A stretch of 64,000 nucleotides of DNA, from the NCBI GenBank assembly GCA_036960375.1, contig JBALVY010000001.1:576563-640562 (forward strand). The letters are read 5' to 3'. The position numbers and the translations under genes were made by a program. Origin of the DNA: Pseudomonadales bacterium (GTDB taxonomy: Bacteria > Pseudomonadota > Gammaproteobacteria > Pseudomonadales > CAWVSB01). Below, in pieces: positions 44,247 through 52,977 of this stretch. Each line of letters starts with the position of its first letter. The stretch's first letter is position 1. The notes beneath the pieces are model-generated. The model saw nothing but the letters and a program-made list of their open reading frames with translations. It did not search any database and was not told the origin of the DNA.

Positions 44247-46363
44247 TGTGCGCTAGCAGGGAGTGAAATTTCTACCGCAACACCGTCTGGTGTTGTTTGA
44301 TTACTCATACTGATTTTACCGCCGTGATGCTCGGCGATAATTCGAGCAATGAACAAACCGAGTCCATGATGTTCACCCTGCTGTTTATCAGTAGAGCGTG
44401 ATGAGCTCATAAGCTGAAACAGTTGTTCAGGCTCCCCTTCTATTAATGGCCCTTCGTTTCTGATCGATAGCACTAATTGGTTTTTGTGTTTCTTTAGTGC
44501 GATTTTGATAGAGCTGCCTTCGGTGTGAAAGTCCAGTGCGTTATCAACAAGTTTATCCAGCATTTGTTCAATGTGAATGTCGGAGCCAGAGATAAATGCC
44601 GGTTCATTCCCAAAGTCATCTGCTAAGTAGAGGTCTGTGCTGATTTTCTGCCGGTAATGTACGTAGGTTTTTAGCAGTGCGTTTAGATCCAAATTCTGGA
44701 ACCGTTCGGTCTTGAGGGCGTTTTCAAGGCTGGCAGCTTCCGACAGTTTTTCGACCAATAAACCAATTCGATTAACGGCGCGCTGAGCACTGTCGATATA
44801 TTGCGAAGCGCTTTGGGGGTCGGCTTGAATATGTTGCAGCGAGGTGCTTAGCGTACTCAGCGGGTTATTAATTTCATGGCGCAGTGTGCGGGGAATCGAG
44901 GCTAAAAAATCTTGATGCTGGGCGAGTCGTTCTGTCACCGCATCAAAATTTCGAGCCAATTCGCCCAGTTCGTCGCTGGCCCTGGCTTCACGGTTGGGTG
45001 ATGCGTTTTGCATGCGCCCGTGGTCATCGATGAGGCTGCTGGTATGGCGGCCCAGACGACGAATTCGCCAGGCCAGTCTTGCGGCAAAGGCGAGTAGTAC
45101 CAGCACAATTGAACCGGTACTGAGCAAGGCCAGCAAGTAGATCTTTTCGATGGATTGACGCTGTAATAACAGTAGTTGATCGGTGCTCTGTTCTACCAGA
45201 ATACTGCCAATGATTTGGTCGCCATTATAGATGGGGTGGGCCGCAGCAATAATGGTCGTGCGCTCATCCAGTGAGGGTCTTTTCACCGTGCCGGCTTGAC
45301 CTGCCAGGGCGTCTGTGACTATTGGATCTTTGCGAAAATAGGTGCTCTCACTGTTGTAGTCCGAGAAGTAGCGCGGTGGGTTGCCAACCAGTACATTGGT
45401 CAGCATGACTTTAATGATCTGTGTTGCCTGTCGCCAAAAGCCTTGCTCGTCTCCTATGGCAATCAGTTCGTCACCGGCGGTGTTTTTAAGGTCGCCGCGT
45501 AATGCGCGCACCCGAAATTGTGAGTCAATGACCCAGATGCGAGTTTGCGGTGGTGACAAACCTTCCAGAATTGCCTGGGTTGGTGCAGAGCGCAATACCA
45601 GAGGATTTAGTTCGCCGCGCCATTGACCAAAGCTGGCGATCAATTCATTAGGTCGTCGATTGTCGCTATCAATAACGTCTACAATGCCGACACCCAGTTG
45701 TTCTGCTTTTAGCCAGCTCATTGGCAGTGAGAACTCCAATGTGTATGTGTCTGGCTGTCGGCGCACAAAGCCACGCACTTGATACAGTGGTTTGCCGGGC
45801 TCGGCAAATGACCAGCGTCTATCCATGCTGTAGTTGGTGGTTCTGCCGGTGCCTTCAAAGCTGAGTGCAATACGTTGGGGGTGTTTCTCGCTATTGGCCA
45901 AATAAAGGCGTAAATGGTCACTGTGATCAAGTCGTAAATAAGCTGGATGGCGGCCAATAGCGGTATCGTCTTTGACTCGAACCAGCCCTAATAGTTGATC
46001 TTCTGATTGAGCCAGAACCAGGCTAAAGCTGGTAGCTTGGCCCTGAAATTGTTGCGCCTTATCAGTGAGTTCTTGCCAGTCTTCGTCGTAGCCATCGAGC
46101 ATTATCTGCCCGTCAAGCGAGTGAATGGGCAGGCTCGGCAGCAGGTTGGGGTCATCAGGGTCGGTAAATAGTTCGTCTCGGCCATTGAGTAAGGTGGCCA
46201 CGCTTTGGGCGACCAGCAATTGCGCCTGTGCTTGTCCGTCGAACAAAAACTGCTTCATGGCTGATAAAGACTGCAATACCAACCAAGGAACCAGCAACAA
46301 AATGCTGCCAACCAGTAACAGTTTGGTTGCAAGCCCCGGTCCGCGAGGGCGTTGCATGGTCAT
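44237..46363 (-). CDS. pdsS: Sensor histidine kinase of the proteobacterial dedicated sortase system
   Basis: 708 aa. N-terminal TM segment, large periplasmic region, second TM segment, H-box LRHEINNPLS, and an HATPase C-terminus (GLGLFIARIIAEHHGG). The start overlaps the stop of the response regulator (ATGA). Confidence 0.8.
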   Translation of the reverse strand: MTMQRPRGPGLATKLLLVGSILLLVPWLVLQSLSAMKQFLFDGQAQAQLLVAQSVATLLNGRDELFTDPDDPNLLPSLPIHSLDGQIMLDGYDEDWQELTDKAQQFQGQATSFSLVLAQSEDQLLGLVRVKDDTAIGRHPAYLRLDHSDHLRLYLANSEKHPQRIALSFEGTGRTTNYSMDRRWSFAEPGKPLYQVRGFVRRQPDTYTLEFSLPMSWLKAEQLGVGIVDVIDSDNRRPNELIASFGQWRGELNPLVLRSAPTQAILEGLSPPQTRIWVIDSQFRVRALRGDLKNTAGDELIAIGDEQGFWRQATQIIKVMLTNVLVGNPPRYFSDYNSESTYFRKDPIVTDALAGQAGTVKRPSLDERTTIIAAAHPIYNGDQIIGSILVEQSTDQLLLLQRQSIEKIYLLALLSTGSIVLVLLAFAARLAWRIRRLGRHTSSLIDDHGRMQNASPNREARASDELGELARNFDAVTERLAQHQDFLASIPRTLRHEINNPLSTLSTSLQHIQADPQSASQYIDSAQRAVNRIGLLVEKLSEAASLENALKTERFQNLDLNALLKTYVHYRQKISTDLYLADDFGNEPAFISGSDIHIEQMLDKLVDNALDFHTEGSSIKIALKKHKNQLVLSIRNEGPLIEGEPEQLFQLMSSSRSTDKQQGEHHGLGLFIARIIAEHHGGKISMSNQTTPDGVAVEISLPASAHHS

Positions 46364-47058
46364 GAATTTTCGTACCAGCGATAACCAAAACCGTATTCAT
46401 TATTGATGGCACTAAAATCAGCATCAATTTTACAAAACTTGCGGCGAATATTACGCATATGGGTATTGATGGTATTGGCGGTGACGTATTGCTGTTTGGT
46501 GGCACTCATTAAACTGTCGTAGCTCACTGCGTGTCCAGGATGACGCAAAAGGTGCAGAAGTAAACGAAACTCTGTGACTGTCATGGGTATACGCTGGTTT
46601 TTCCATTCAGCCTGCATGGTACTGTCATTAATACTCAGCGAGCCTATCACCGTTGCGGCATCGGTGTTTACTGGTTGATTACGCAGTTCTGCCAGCCGCA
46701 ATAATGAGGCGACGCGCTCTGCCAAAAACCCCAGGCTAATGGGTTTGGGTTGGTAGTCCCAGGCGCCCAGACGCAGGCCCGATATTTTGTCGATTTCATC
46801 AATGCGTTCGGTGAGAAATAATACGGGTAATCCGGGGTGGCTGGCCAGCAGTTCGCGGCATAAATTGAAGCCGCCATCCACTTCGTCTTGCAGAATAATG
46901 TCCAGAATCACTAAATCCGGCAGCTCGCGATTGATGCCTGCTGCGGCCTGTTTACGGCTGGCATACTCTGCTGTGCGGTAGCCCTTTTGACGCACCGCTG
47001 TTGCGTAGTTGTGCCGTTGGTCGGCGTCATCTTCAACAATGGCAATTAGAGCGGGCAT
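46360..47058 (-). CDS. pdsR: OmpR-family response regulator of the dedicated sortase system
   Basis: 232 aa. Receiver domain (IAIVEDD...DLVILDI) plus a winged-helix output domain (TEFRLLLHLLRHPGHAVSYDSL). Confidence 0.85.
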   Translation of the reverse strand: MPALIAIVEDDADQRHNYATAVRQKGYRTAEYASRKQAAAGINRELPDLVILDIILQDEVDGGFNLCRELLASHPGLPVLFLTERIDEIDKISGLRLGAWDYQPKPISLGFLAERVASLLRLAELRNQPVNTDAATVIGSLSINDSTMQAEWKNQRIPMTVTEFRLLLHLLRHPGHAVSYDSLMSATKQQYVTANTINTHMRNIRRKFCKIDADFSAINNEYGFGYRWYENS

Positions 47059-47229
47059 ATCGATCCTGTCTTTATGGCTAAGCGAAGGCTTGCTGAGGGC
47101 CTATTGTAACGATTGTTGGTCGCTTGGGTGGCACTGGCGCTAAATTCCATTATTTCTCCATTTTTTGTCCACGGCCTCTCCATTGCTATCGGTTTAACTA
47201 ATACAACTGATAACAAGGAAGCCAAAGCC

Positions 47230-47409
47230 ATGAAAGAATTTATTCCCATCACTGACGATTATCTCGAACAGCACCCGGAAATCTTGCTACAGCTTGTACC
47301 GCTCCAACTAGATAGACCCTGTCGGCATTTGCTGGTTCCCGTAGAGCAGGAAAGCGGGCACAGCCCGACTATTAGCACACAGCTTGCGCAGGGGTATCGC
47401 CATGACTAG
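47230..47409 (+). CDS. Candidate small ORF (59 aa) upstream of and overlapping the sortase-target gene
   Basis: ATG 47230 is preceded by AAGGAAG. The product reads MKEFIPITDDYLEQHPEILLQLVPLQLDRPCRHLLVPVEQESGHSPTISTQLAQGYRHD. Its stop overlaps the target start (ATGACTAG). No family recognised. Confidence 0.3.
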   Translation: MKEFIPITDDYLEQHPEILLQLVPLQLDRPCRHLLVPVEQESGHSPTISTQLAQGYRHD

Positions 47410-49474
47410 GCAGCTTCTTCACACGCTGGGCCTGTTTTTTCTAATGATAGGTCAAGCTCAGGCGCTGCCGACCGAATGGCAGGAGGTGGAGAGCGGTACA
47501 CTGGTGTTGCAGTCAGACTCCGGTGAAGTGCTGGGTGCCGCGCCTTTGTTGAGCACCGAAGTGGAGCTTATTGTTACCGGCGTTATCGCCCGGGCCCATG
47601 TGTCACAGAGTTTTAGTAATCCGAGTCAGGATTGGGTCGAAGCGGTGTATGTCTTCCCTTTACCCGAGAACGCAGCCGTAGATCATCTTCGCTTGCGTAT
47701 TGGCGATCGCATTATAGAAGGACAGATAAAGGAAAAGCAGCAGGCCCGTAAAATATACGCAGAAGCGAAAGCCAAGGGTCAGCGCACCGGTTTGGTTGAG
47801 CAGCAGCGGCCCAACTTGTTTACCACCAGTGTTGCCAATATTCCCCCAGGCGAGTCGATTGTTGTGGAATTGGAGTATCAGCATACCGTTGAGCGGGAGG
47901 CGGGCGAATACAGACTGCGTTTTCCGATGACTTTAACTCCGCGCTACATTCCGAATGCCGGCAACGGTGCGTCCCAGATGGATATAGGTCGGGCGGATGC
48001 AGGCCGGGGGGAAATAGGCCAACCAGAGTCTAAGTCGATATTCACAGCTATTGCCGATGCGGTAGCGATTAGCCCGCCCATAGGGCGCCAGGGTGTGAAT
48101 AATCATCCTATTGATATCACCGTGCGTTTAAAAGCCGGTTTCCCCGTGGGTTTGGTAGAGAGCGTTGACCACCCGGCGACAATAGAGCGCGGCGATGAGG
48201 AGGTTGTTGTGCGCCTCGCGAAAGGCGATCACATGGCGAACGCCGACTTTCGTTTACGCTGGGCACCGGCAAGGAGTGAGCAAGCGCAAGCGGCTTTTTA
48301 TACCGAGACATGGCAAGGAGAGCTATACGGTTTACTGATGCTGGTGCCTCCCACCACGGAAGTGGATATTAAGCCGGTCCCGCGGGATGTGGTGTATGTG
48401 CTGGATACCTCGGGTTCTATGGGCGGGGAATCGATACGTCAGGCGAAGTCTGCGCTTATTATGGCCTTGGAGCGTTTGGGACCGAAAGACCGTTTTAATG
48501 TCATTGAATTTAATTCGGGTACCTGGTCACTCTGGCCAGATATTCAGGCGGCCAGTCCGGGCAATATTGCCATGGCGCGTTCCTATGTACATTCACTGGA
48601 GGCCCGGGGCGGTACCGAAATGCTTGGTGCCATGCAGCGCGCTCTTTGCCCAGATTGCACGCCCGAGGGCAGGGTTCGGCAGGTCATTTTTCTAACCGAC
48701 GGTGCGGTAGGAAACGAGCGCGGCCTGTTTGCTGCCATTCAACAGCGTTTGGGCCGAACGCGCTTGTTCACCGTGGGAATCGGTTCGGCGCCCAACAGCC
48801 ATTTTATGCGCAAGGCGGCGCAATTTGGTCGGGGCAGTTATACCTATATTGCTTCAACGTCGGAAGTGGCCAGAGCAATGTCGGAACTGTTCGCCAAAAT
48901 TGAGCGACCCGTTATGACCGATATTCAGCTGCAGTTAGATGGCAAAGTCGCCCGTGAGCAGTTTCCTAGCCCCATTGCAGATCTTTATTATGGCGAGCCG
49001 TTGATTGCCACCATGAAGTTGAACGGCCCCCCCTCTGAGGTGATGGTGGTGGGCACCATTGATGGTCAGGTGGTTAAGGCGCAAGTGCCGGTCGAGGTGA
49101 GTCCGCGTAGTGGGGTACACGTGGCTTGGGCGCGCAGCAAAGTTGAAAGCTTACAAGACCGCATGGTGGGCAGGGCAGAGCCGGATGCAGTGGCAAGCCT
49201 GCGTCAGGCATTGATCGACATCGGTTTGTTTCATCACATGGTGACACCGCATACCAGCTTGGTCGCTGTAGATGTCACACCTGTCCGTGCTGCAGATGAA
49301 ATGTTACAGAAGAAACGCCTGGCGAATAATCCGCCCAAGGGCACCCGCTTTGGTCTGGCGCAAACAGCGTCGCCGGCAAGCCTGTCTTTGACGCTGGGTT
49401 TAGTGCTGTTGTGTGTGGCATTCATTTTGTTTCGGTCTAAGGGCCATGAGCGGAGATCGTATGGAGCTGCGTAA
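47402..49474 (+). CDS. Sortase target protein with VIT and von Willebrand factor A domains
   Basis: 690 aa from ATG 47402. Signal peptide MTRQLLHTLGLFFLMIGQAQA. VIT region. vWA MIDAS motif VLDTSGSMGG. C-terminal tripartite sorting signal: LAQTAS, a hydrophobic stretch (LSLTLGLVLLCVAFILF), and a basic tail (RSKGHERR). Confidence 0.85.
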   Translation: MTRQLLHTLGLFFLMIGQAQALPTEWQEVESGTLVLQSDSGEVLGAAPLLSTEVELIVTGVIARAHVSQSFSNPSQDWVEAVYVFPLPENAAVDHLRLRIGDRIIEGQIKEKQQARKIYAEAKAKGQRTGLVEQQRPNLFTTSVANIPPGESIVVELEYQHTVEREAGEYRLRFPMTLTPRYIPNAGNGASQMDIGRADAGRGEIGQPESKSIFTAIADAVAISPPIGRQGVNNHPIDITVRLKAGFPVGLVESVDHPATIERGDEEVVVRLAKGDHMANADFRLRWAPARSEQAQAAFYTETWQGELYGLLMLVPPTTEVDIKPVPRDVVYVLDTSGSMGGESIRQAKSALIMALERLGPKDRFNVIEFNSGTWSLWPDIQAASPGNIAMARSYVHSLEARGGTEMLGAMQRALCPDCTPEGRVRQVIFLTDGAVGNERGLFAAIQQRLGRTRLFTVGIGSAPNSHFMRKAAQFGRGSYTYIASTSEVARAMSELFAKIERPVMTDIQLQLDGKVAREQFPSPIADLYYGEPLIATMKLNGPPSEVMVVGTIDGQVVKAQVPVEVSPRSGVHVAWARSKVESLQDRMVGRAEPDAVASLRQALIDIGLFHHMVTPHTSLVAVDVTPVRAADEMLQKKRLANNPPKGTRFGLAQTASPASLSLTLGLVLLCVAFILFRSKGHERRSYGAA

Positions 49475-50057
49475 TGTCTTAGCCCTTGTCACGGTGATGT
49501 TCTCGGTCGGTTTGTTTTGCCATGGTGGGTATATTCATGCCAAGGCAATATTGGCGCAATGGCTGATAGCCGATAGCTGGCAAGACACCTTGGCCGGTCA
49601 GGCGTCGGTACGACCTTGGCCCTGGGCCGATACCTGGCCGGTGGCGGCCCTGCGCGTGCCGCGCTTGGATATAGAGCAGTATGTTCTAGCCGGTGACTCA
49701 GGGCAGGCATTGGCCTTTGGCCCTGGTCACCATAGTGCCAGTTCCTTGCCGGGCTCCGTCGGAACGACTCTCATCAGTGGTCATCGAGATACCCATTTCT
49801 CCTTCGTGCGCGATTTGGTGTCTGGAGACACACTGGAATTACAGGGGCCAGATGGCGGTAGCTTGCGCTATCGCATCACACACATGCAGGTAGTGGATAG
49901 CCGGCAAGCGCTATGGTTTGAAGATACTTCGGGTCAATTATTGCTGGTGACCTGTTATCCCTTCGATGGTCTGAGCAGCAATACCCCTTGGCGCTACATG
50001 GTGAGCGCAGTACGCGAAATTCCAACACACCATCGTTTACTTCCTGACGCGCATTAG
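49461..50057 (+). CDS. Sortase (Gram-negative / marine proteobacterial type)
   Basis: 198 aa from ATG 49461; ATG 49446 is an alternative. N-terminal TM anchor. Catalytic-type motifs LISGHRDTHF, LLLVTCYPF and PWRYMV. Confidence 0.8.
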   Translation: MELRNVLALVTVMFSVGLFCHGGYIHAKAILAQWLIADSWQDTLAGQASVRPWPWADTWPVAALRVPRLDIEQYVLAGDSGQALAFGPGHHSASSLPGSVGTTLISGHRDTHFSFVRDLVSGDTLELQGPDGGSLRYRITHMQVVDSRQALWFEDTSGQLLLVTCYPFDGLSSNTPWRYMVSAVREIPTHHRLLPDAH

Positions 50058-50470
50058 TCACCAAGGCCGGTAATACGTATACCAGCATGAGACTTGTATT
50101 GTTTGTTAATAAAAATGAGTACCGAAGTCATTGCCTCAACGGCTGTCGCGTTGTAAATGGTGCCGGCATGGAAACCACGCATGCCCGCCGCCTCAACTAA
50201 CTCAATCACTGTGGCACGGGCTTCTTTGTCATTGTCACAGACTAGGACGTCACAGCTTAAATCTTGACCTTCTTTAAGGTGATGTGCCGCCACGTTCTGG
50301 AATGCTGATACAACTCTAACATCGCCGCCTAGCATTTCTTACGCTATTTGTCCGGCGGAACCTTCTTTAGGGAGTTGTACACAAGCAACTTTTGGTGGAA
50401 TTAAGGGCACGGTCACATCGACCAGTATCCTAATTTTGTTGGCAATCGTTAAAGTTTTCAAGTTGCCTAA
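50054..50470 (-). pseudogene. Remnant of an NADPH-dependent F420 reductase (NpdG-like) gene: 5-prime truncated with an in-frame TAA
   Basis: The minus-strand frame reads ...KIRILVDVTVPLIPPKVACVQLPKEGSAGQIA-TAA-EMLGGDVRVVSAFQNVAAHHL...DVLVCDNDKEARATVIELVEAAGMRGFHAGTIYNATAVEAMTSVLIFIN. The stop (TAA, plus-strand 50339-50341) interrupts otherwise continuous NpdG-like sequence. The Rossmann N-terminus (~85 aa) is absent. Confidence 0.7.
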
Positions 50471-50503
50471 TTACTTTGGCCGACTATTAACACCAACTAA
50501 TGT

Positions 50504-51487
50504 TCAGCTAGCGATCTCAAGAATAACCTTACCCCTAGCTTTACGCCCCGTCAGGCAATTAAAGGCTTCTTCGTAACGCTCCATTGGGAATACATCGGTA
50601 ACCACCGGGTTTAACTTTCCTTCAGCAAACAACTGCCATAGTTCAATGACATTCTGTTTGTTAACTTCAGGTTCCGCTGCGGCGAACGCTCCCCAAAAAA
50701 CACCAATAATGGAGCAGCCTTTTAATAAAGTGATATTAATCGGTATTTTGGGAATCGGGCCACTGGCAAAACCAATAACTAAAAATCGACCGTTCCATGC
50801 CATGCAACGTAAAGCCGCTTCAGAAAAATCACCCCCTACAGGATCATAAACTACATCGACACCGCGACCACCGGTAAGCTCTTTAACTTTATCTTTCAGC
50901 GCTTCGTTAGTGTAATTAATAAGATGGTCAGCGCCCATGGACTTAGCAAGTTCAAGTTTTTCATCAGTACTGGCCGCCGCAATAACTGTAGCACCCATGC
51001 TTTTGGCAATTTCAACAGCGGTAATACCTACACCGCCAGCGGCACCCAATACCAACACTGTTTCACCAGCCTGTAAATTTGCCCGCTGTTTCAAAGCATA
51101 ATAGGAGGTGAAGTAAGTCATGCTGACACCCGCCGCCTGAGTGAAACTCAGCCCTTCAGGCATGGGCAATACCATCTGCTGGGCGACCGCTATTTTTTCA
51201 GCGAAGAAGCCGTGGCTACCGATAGAAATAACTTTATCGCCGGGCTTAAAGCCTTTAACGCCATCTCCCACGGCTTCAACAACCCCAGAACACTCGCCAC
51301 CGGGTATAAAGGGCAGTTCGGGTTTTATCTGATACTTGCCTTCAATAATCAGCGTATCTGGAAAATTAAGGCCTGCAGCTTTAACGGCTATTTTAACATC
51401 ATTTGGAGATATTTCCGGTTCGGGGAAATCCGCATTCAGAACCAGCTTATCGGCTGCTCCTAATTTTTCACAAACAATAGCACGCAT
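50504..51487 (-). CDS. qor: NADPH:quinone oxidoreductase / zinc-type alcohol dehydrogenase family
   Basis: 327 aa. MDR-family layout: GLNFPD, PFIPGGECSGVV, GETVLVLGAAGGVG. Confidence 0.85.
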   Translation of the reverse strand: MRAIVCEKLGAADKLVLNADFPEPEISPNDVKIAVKAAGLNFPDTLIIEGKYQIKPELPFIPGGECSGVVEAVGDGVKGFKPGDKVISIGSHGFFAEKIAVAQQMVLPMPEGLSFTQAAGVSMTYFTSYYALKQRANLQAGETVLVLGAAGGVGITAVEIAKSMGATVIAAASTDEKLELAKSMGADHLINYTNEALKDKVKELTGGRGVDVVYDPVGGDFSEAALRCMAWNGRFLVIGFASGPIPKIPINITLLKGCSIIGVFWGAFAAAEPEVNKQNVIELWQLFAEGKLNPVVTDVFPMERYEEAFNCLTGRKARGKVILEIAS

Positions 51488-51660
51488 AGTGTTTTACCTT
51501 TGTTAATTTTGATTGCTGGGGAATAATTTTGTTCGCCAATAAAGAGTGGTTCTTGCGCTCAGCGTGGCTGTAACTTGGCTATTTCCTTTGACTTCGTGAG
51601 AAATTTCTCGGACTGTTTAAAACCGGATTCTAGATCTGCCTGGAAGCCAGTGTATTGCGC

Positions 51661-51776
51661 AATAGTGAGAGGCTAAAGAGGTTCCTGTATGCCAACAGAG
51701 GTTACCTCAAGTGAATTTTATATGCAACTACTTGCATATAAAATCACACTTCGATGTGTGAGCGTATTAGTATTTT
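51661..51776. repeat. Copy A of a 116-nt duplicated regulatory region (inverted relative to copy B)
   Basis: The reverse complement of 51661-51776 aligns without gaps to 52847-52962, with about 95 of 116 positions identical by my hand count. It contains the perfect palindrome TTATATGCAA-CTAC-TTGCATATAA (51718-51741). Confidence 0.8.
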
Positions 51777-51880
51777 AGGCCGATCCAAAATGGGAGGGGT
51801 CTTAAGATCGCTCAAAATCATTGAGGCACTGAAGCATCCGGGTGTTGAAGTTCCCCTTGTACCCAATCCGGCATAGCTCT

Positions 51881-52651
51881 TCATTGAAATTCTTCCTTTC
51901 TTTTGCGAAATTCATCACCTGCTGTGCTTAGCAAAATTTGCTGGCGATCTTCCATGGCCATAGCCGCGTCCATGCTGGGTGCGTCAATCGAGAAATTAAG
52001 CGCATCTTTGGTAAGCTGCAATCCCATTCTCGAGGTTGCTAACATGGCGTTAATCATTTCAGTGGGTGCGTCATCCAATTCTTCATCAGGAACAACTTTT
52101 GAAACCAGTCGATGTAAAGCTGCTTCTTGCGCGTAAATAAATCGACCAGTTAACAGTAACTCTGACGCAAGAGACGCCCCCACCAATCGAGGGAGAAAGT
52201 AACTTGAACCCATATCACAACCTGTTAAACCAATCGTTAAATAAGCCGCATTTAACTTAGCACTCTCTCCTGCAATACGTATATCCGACGCCAGGGCTAG
52301 AGAAAACCCCCCTCCGCAGGCCGCGCCTTTTATTATAGAAATGATAGGCTGCGGACACCGCCGCATCGCTTTATAGATATCACGAATATTTGTTTGACCC
52401 TTTAGGTTATCCTCAACACCGCTAGCGGTATTCACCTCCTTTAAATCAAGTCCGGCACAGAATGCACGCCCTGCTCCTCTTAAAACAATAATCCTTGTGT
52501 CTTTGTCGTCGTACTTATCCTCAAAATATCCTCGCAGTTGGCGTACCATTTCTTGACTTAAGGCATTGAGGCTTTCAGGCCGGTTCATGGTTACCCATTC
52601 GACTGCGCCGCGTTTTTCGATCAGTAATATTTCCGAATTTTCCTTCATCAT
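51881..52651 (-). CDS. Enoyl-CoA hydratase/isomerase (crotonase) family
   Basis: 256 aa. Crotonase motifs RGAGRAFCAGLDL and GAACGGGFSLALASD. Confidence 0.85.
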   Translation of the reverse strand: MMKENSEILLIEKRGAVEWVTMNRPESLNALSQEMVRQLRGYFEDKYDDKDTRIIVLRGAGRAFCAGLDLKEVNTASGVEDNLKGQTNIRDIYKAMRRCPQPIISIIKGAACGGGFSLALASDIRIAGESAKLNAAYLTIGLTGCDMGSSYFLPRLVGASLASELLLTGRFIYAQEAALHRLVSKVVPDEELDDAPTEMINAMLATSRMGLQLTKDALNFSIDAPSMDAAMAMEDRQQILLSTAGDEFRKRKEEFQ

Positions 52652-52846
52652 AGATCCACTTTTTTAAGAATTATTTACCTACAATATCCCTGAGGCTATC
52701 CCAGAGAATCGCCATTCATTGCTTATCTGATTTTGTTTCTTTTTAGGAACAAGGCGGCAAGGTAGTTTACAAAATGATGTAAGCCCATGCCAGAAAGGGC
52801 TGCCTGTAGTCACAATCAGTTTGAATCGGCTCTTTATTAGCCCCCG

Positions 52847-52962
52847 AAAATACTAACACGCTCAAACGCTGATATGTGATTTTATGTGCAAATAGTTGCA
52901 TATGGACTTCGCTTGCGGTAACTTCTTTTGACTGACAGGAACCTCTTTAGGTTCTCACTATT
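52847..52962. repeat. Copy B of the 116-nt duplicated regulatory region
   Basis: See copy A. Its palindrome variant is ATGTGCAA-ATAG-TTGCATAT (52884-52903). It ends 15 nt before the LLM oxidoreductase ATG. Confidence 0.8.
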
Positions 52963-52977
52963 TTAAGGGTGAATATT

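Noticed and set aside
51661-52962. Inverted repeats flanking the crotonase gene read as an invertible DNA switch or a composite transposon/MITE.
   Set aside because: There is no recombinase or transposase and there are no target-site duplications. The repeats are only about 82 % identical. Each copy sits in a promoter-proximal position facing an outward gene. A duplicated operator/promoter is the simpler reading.
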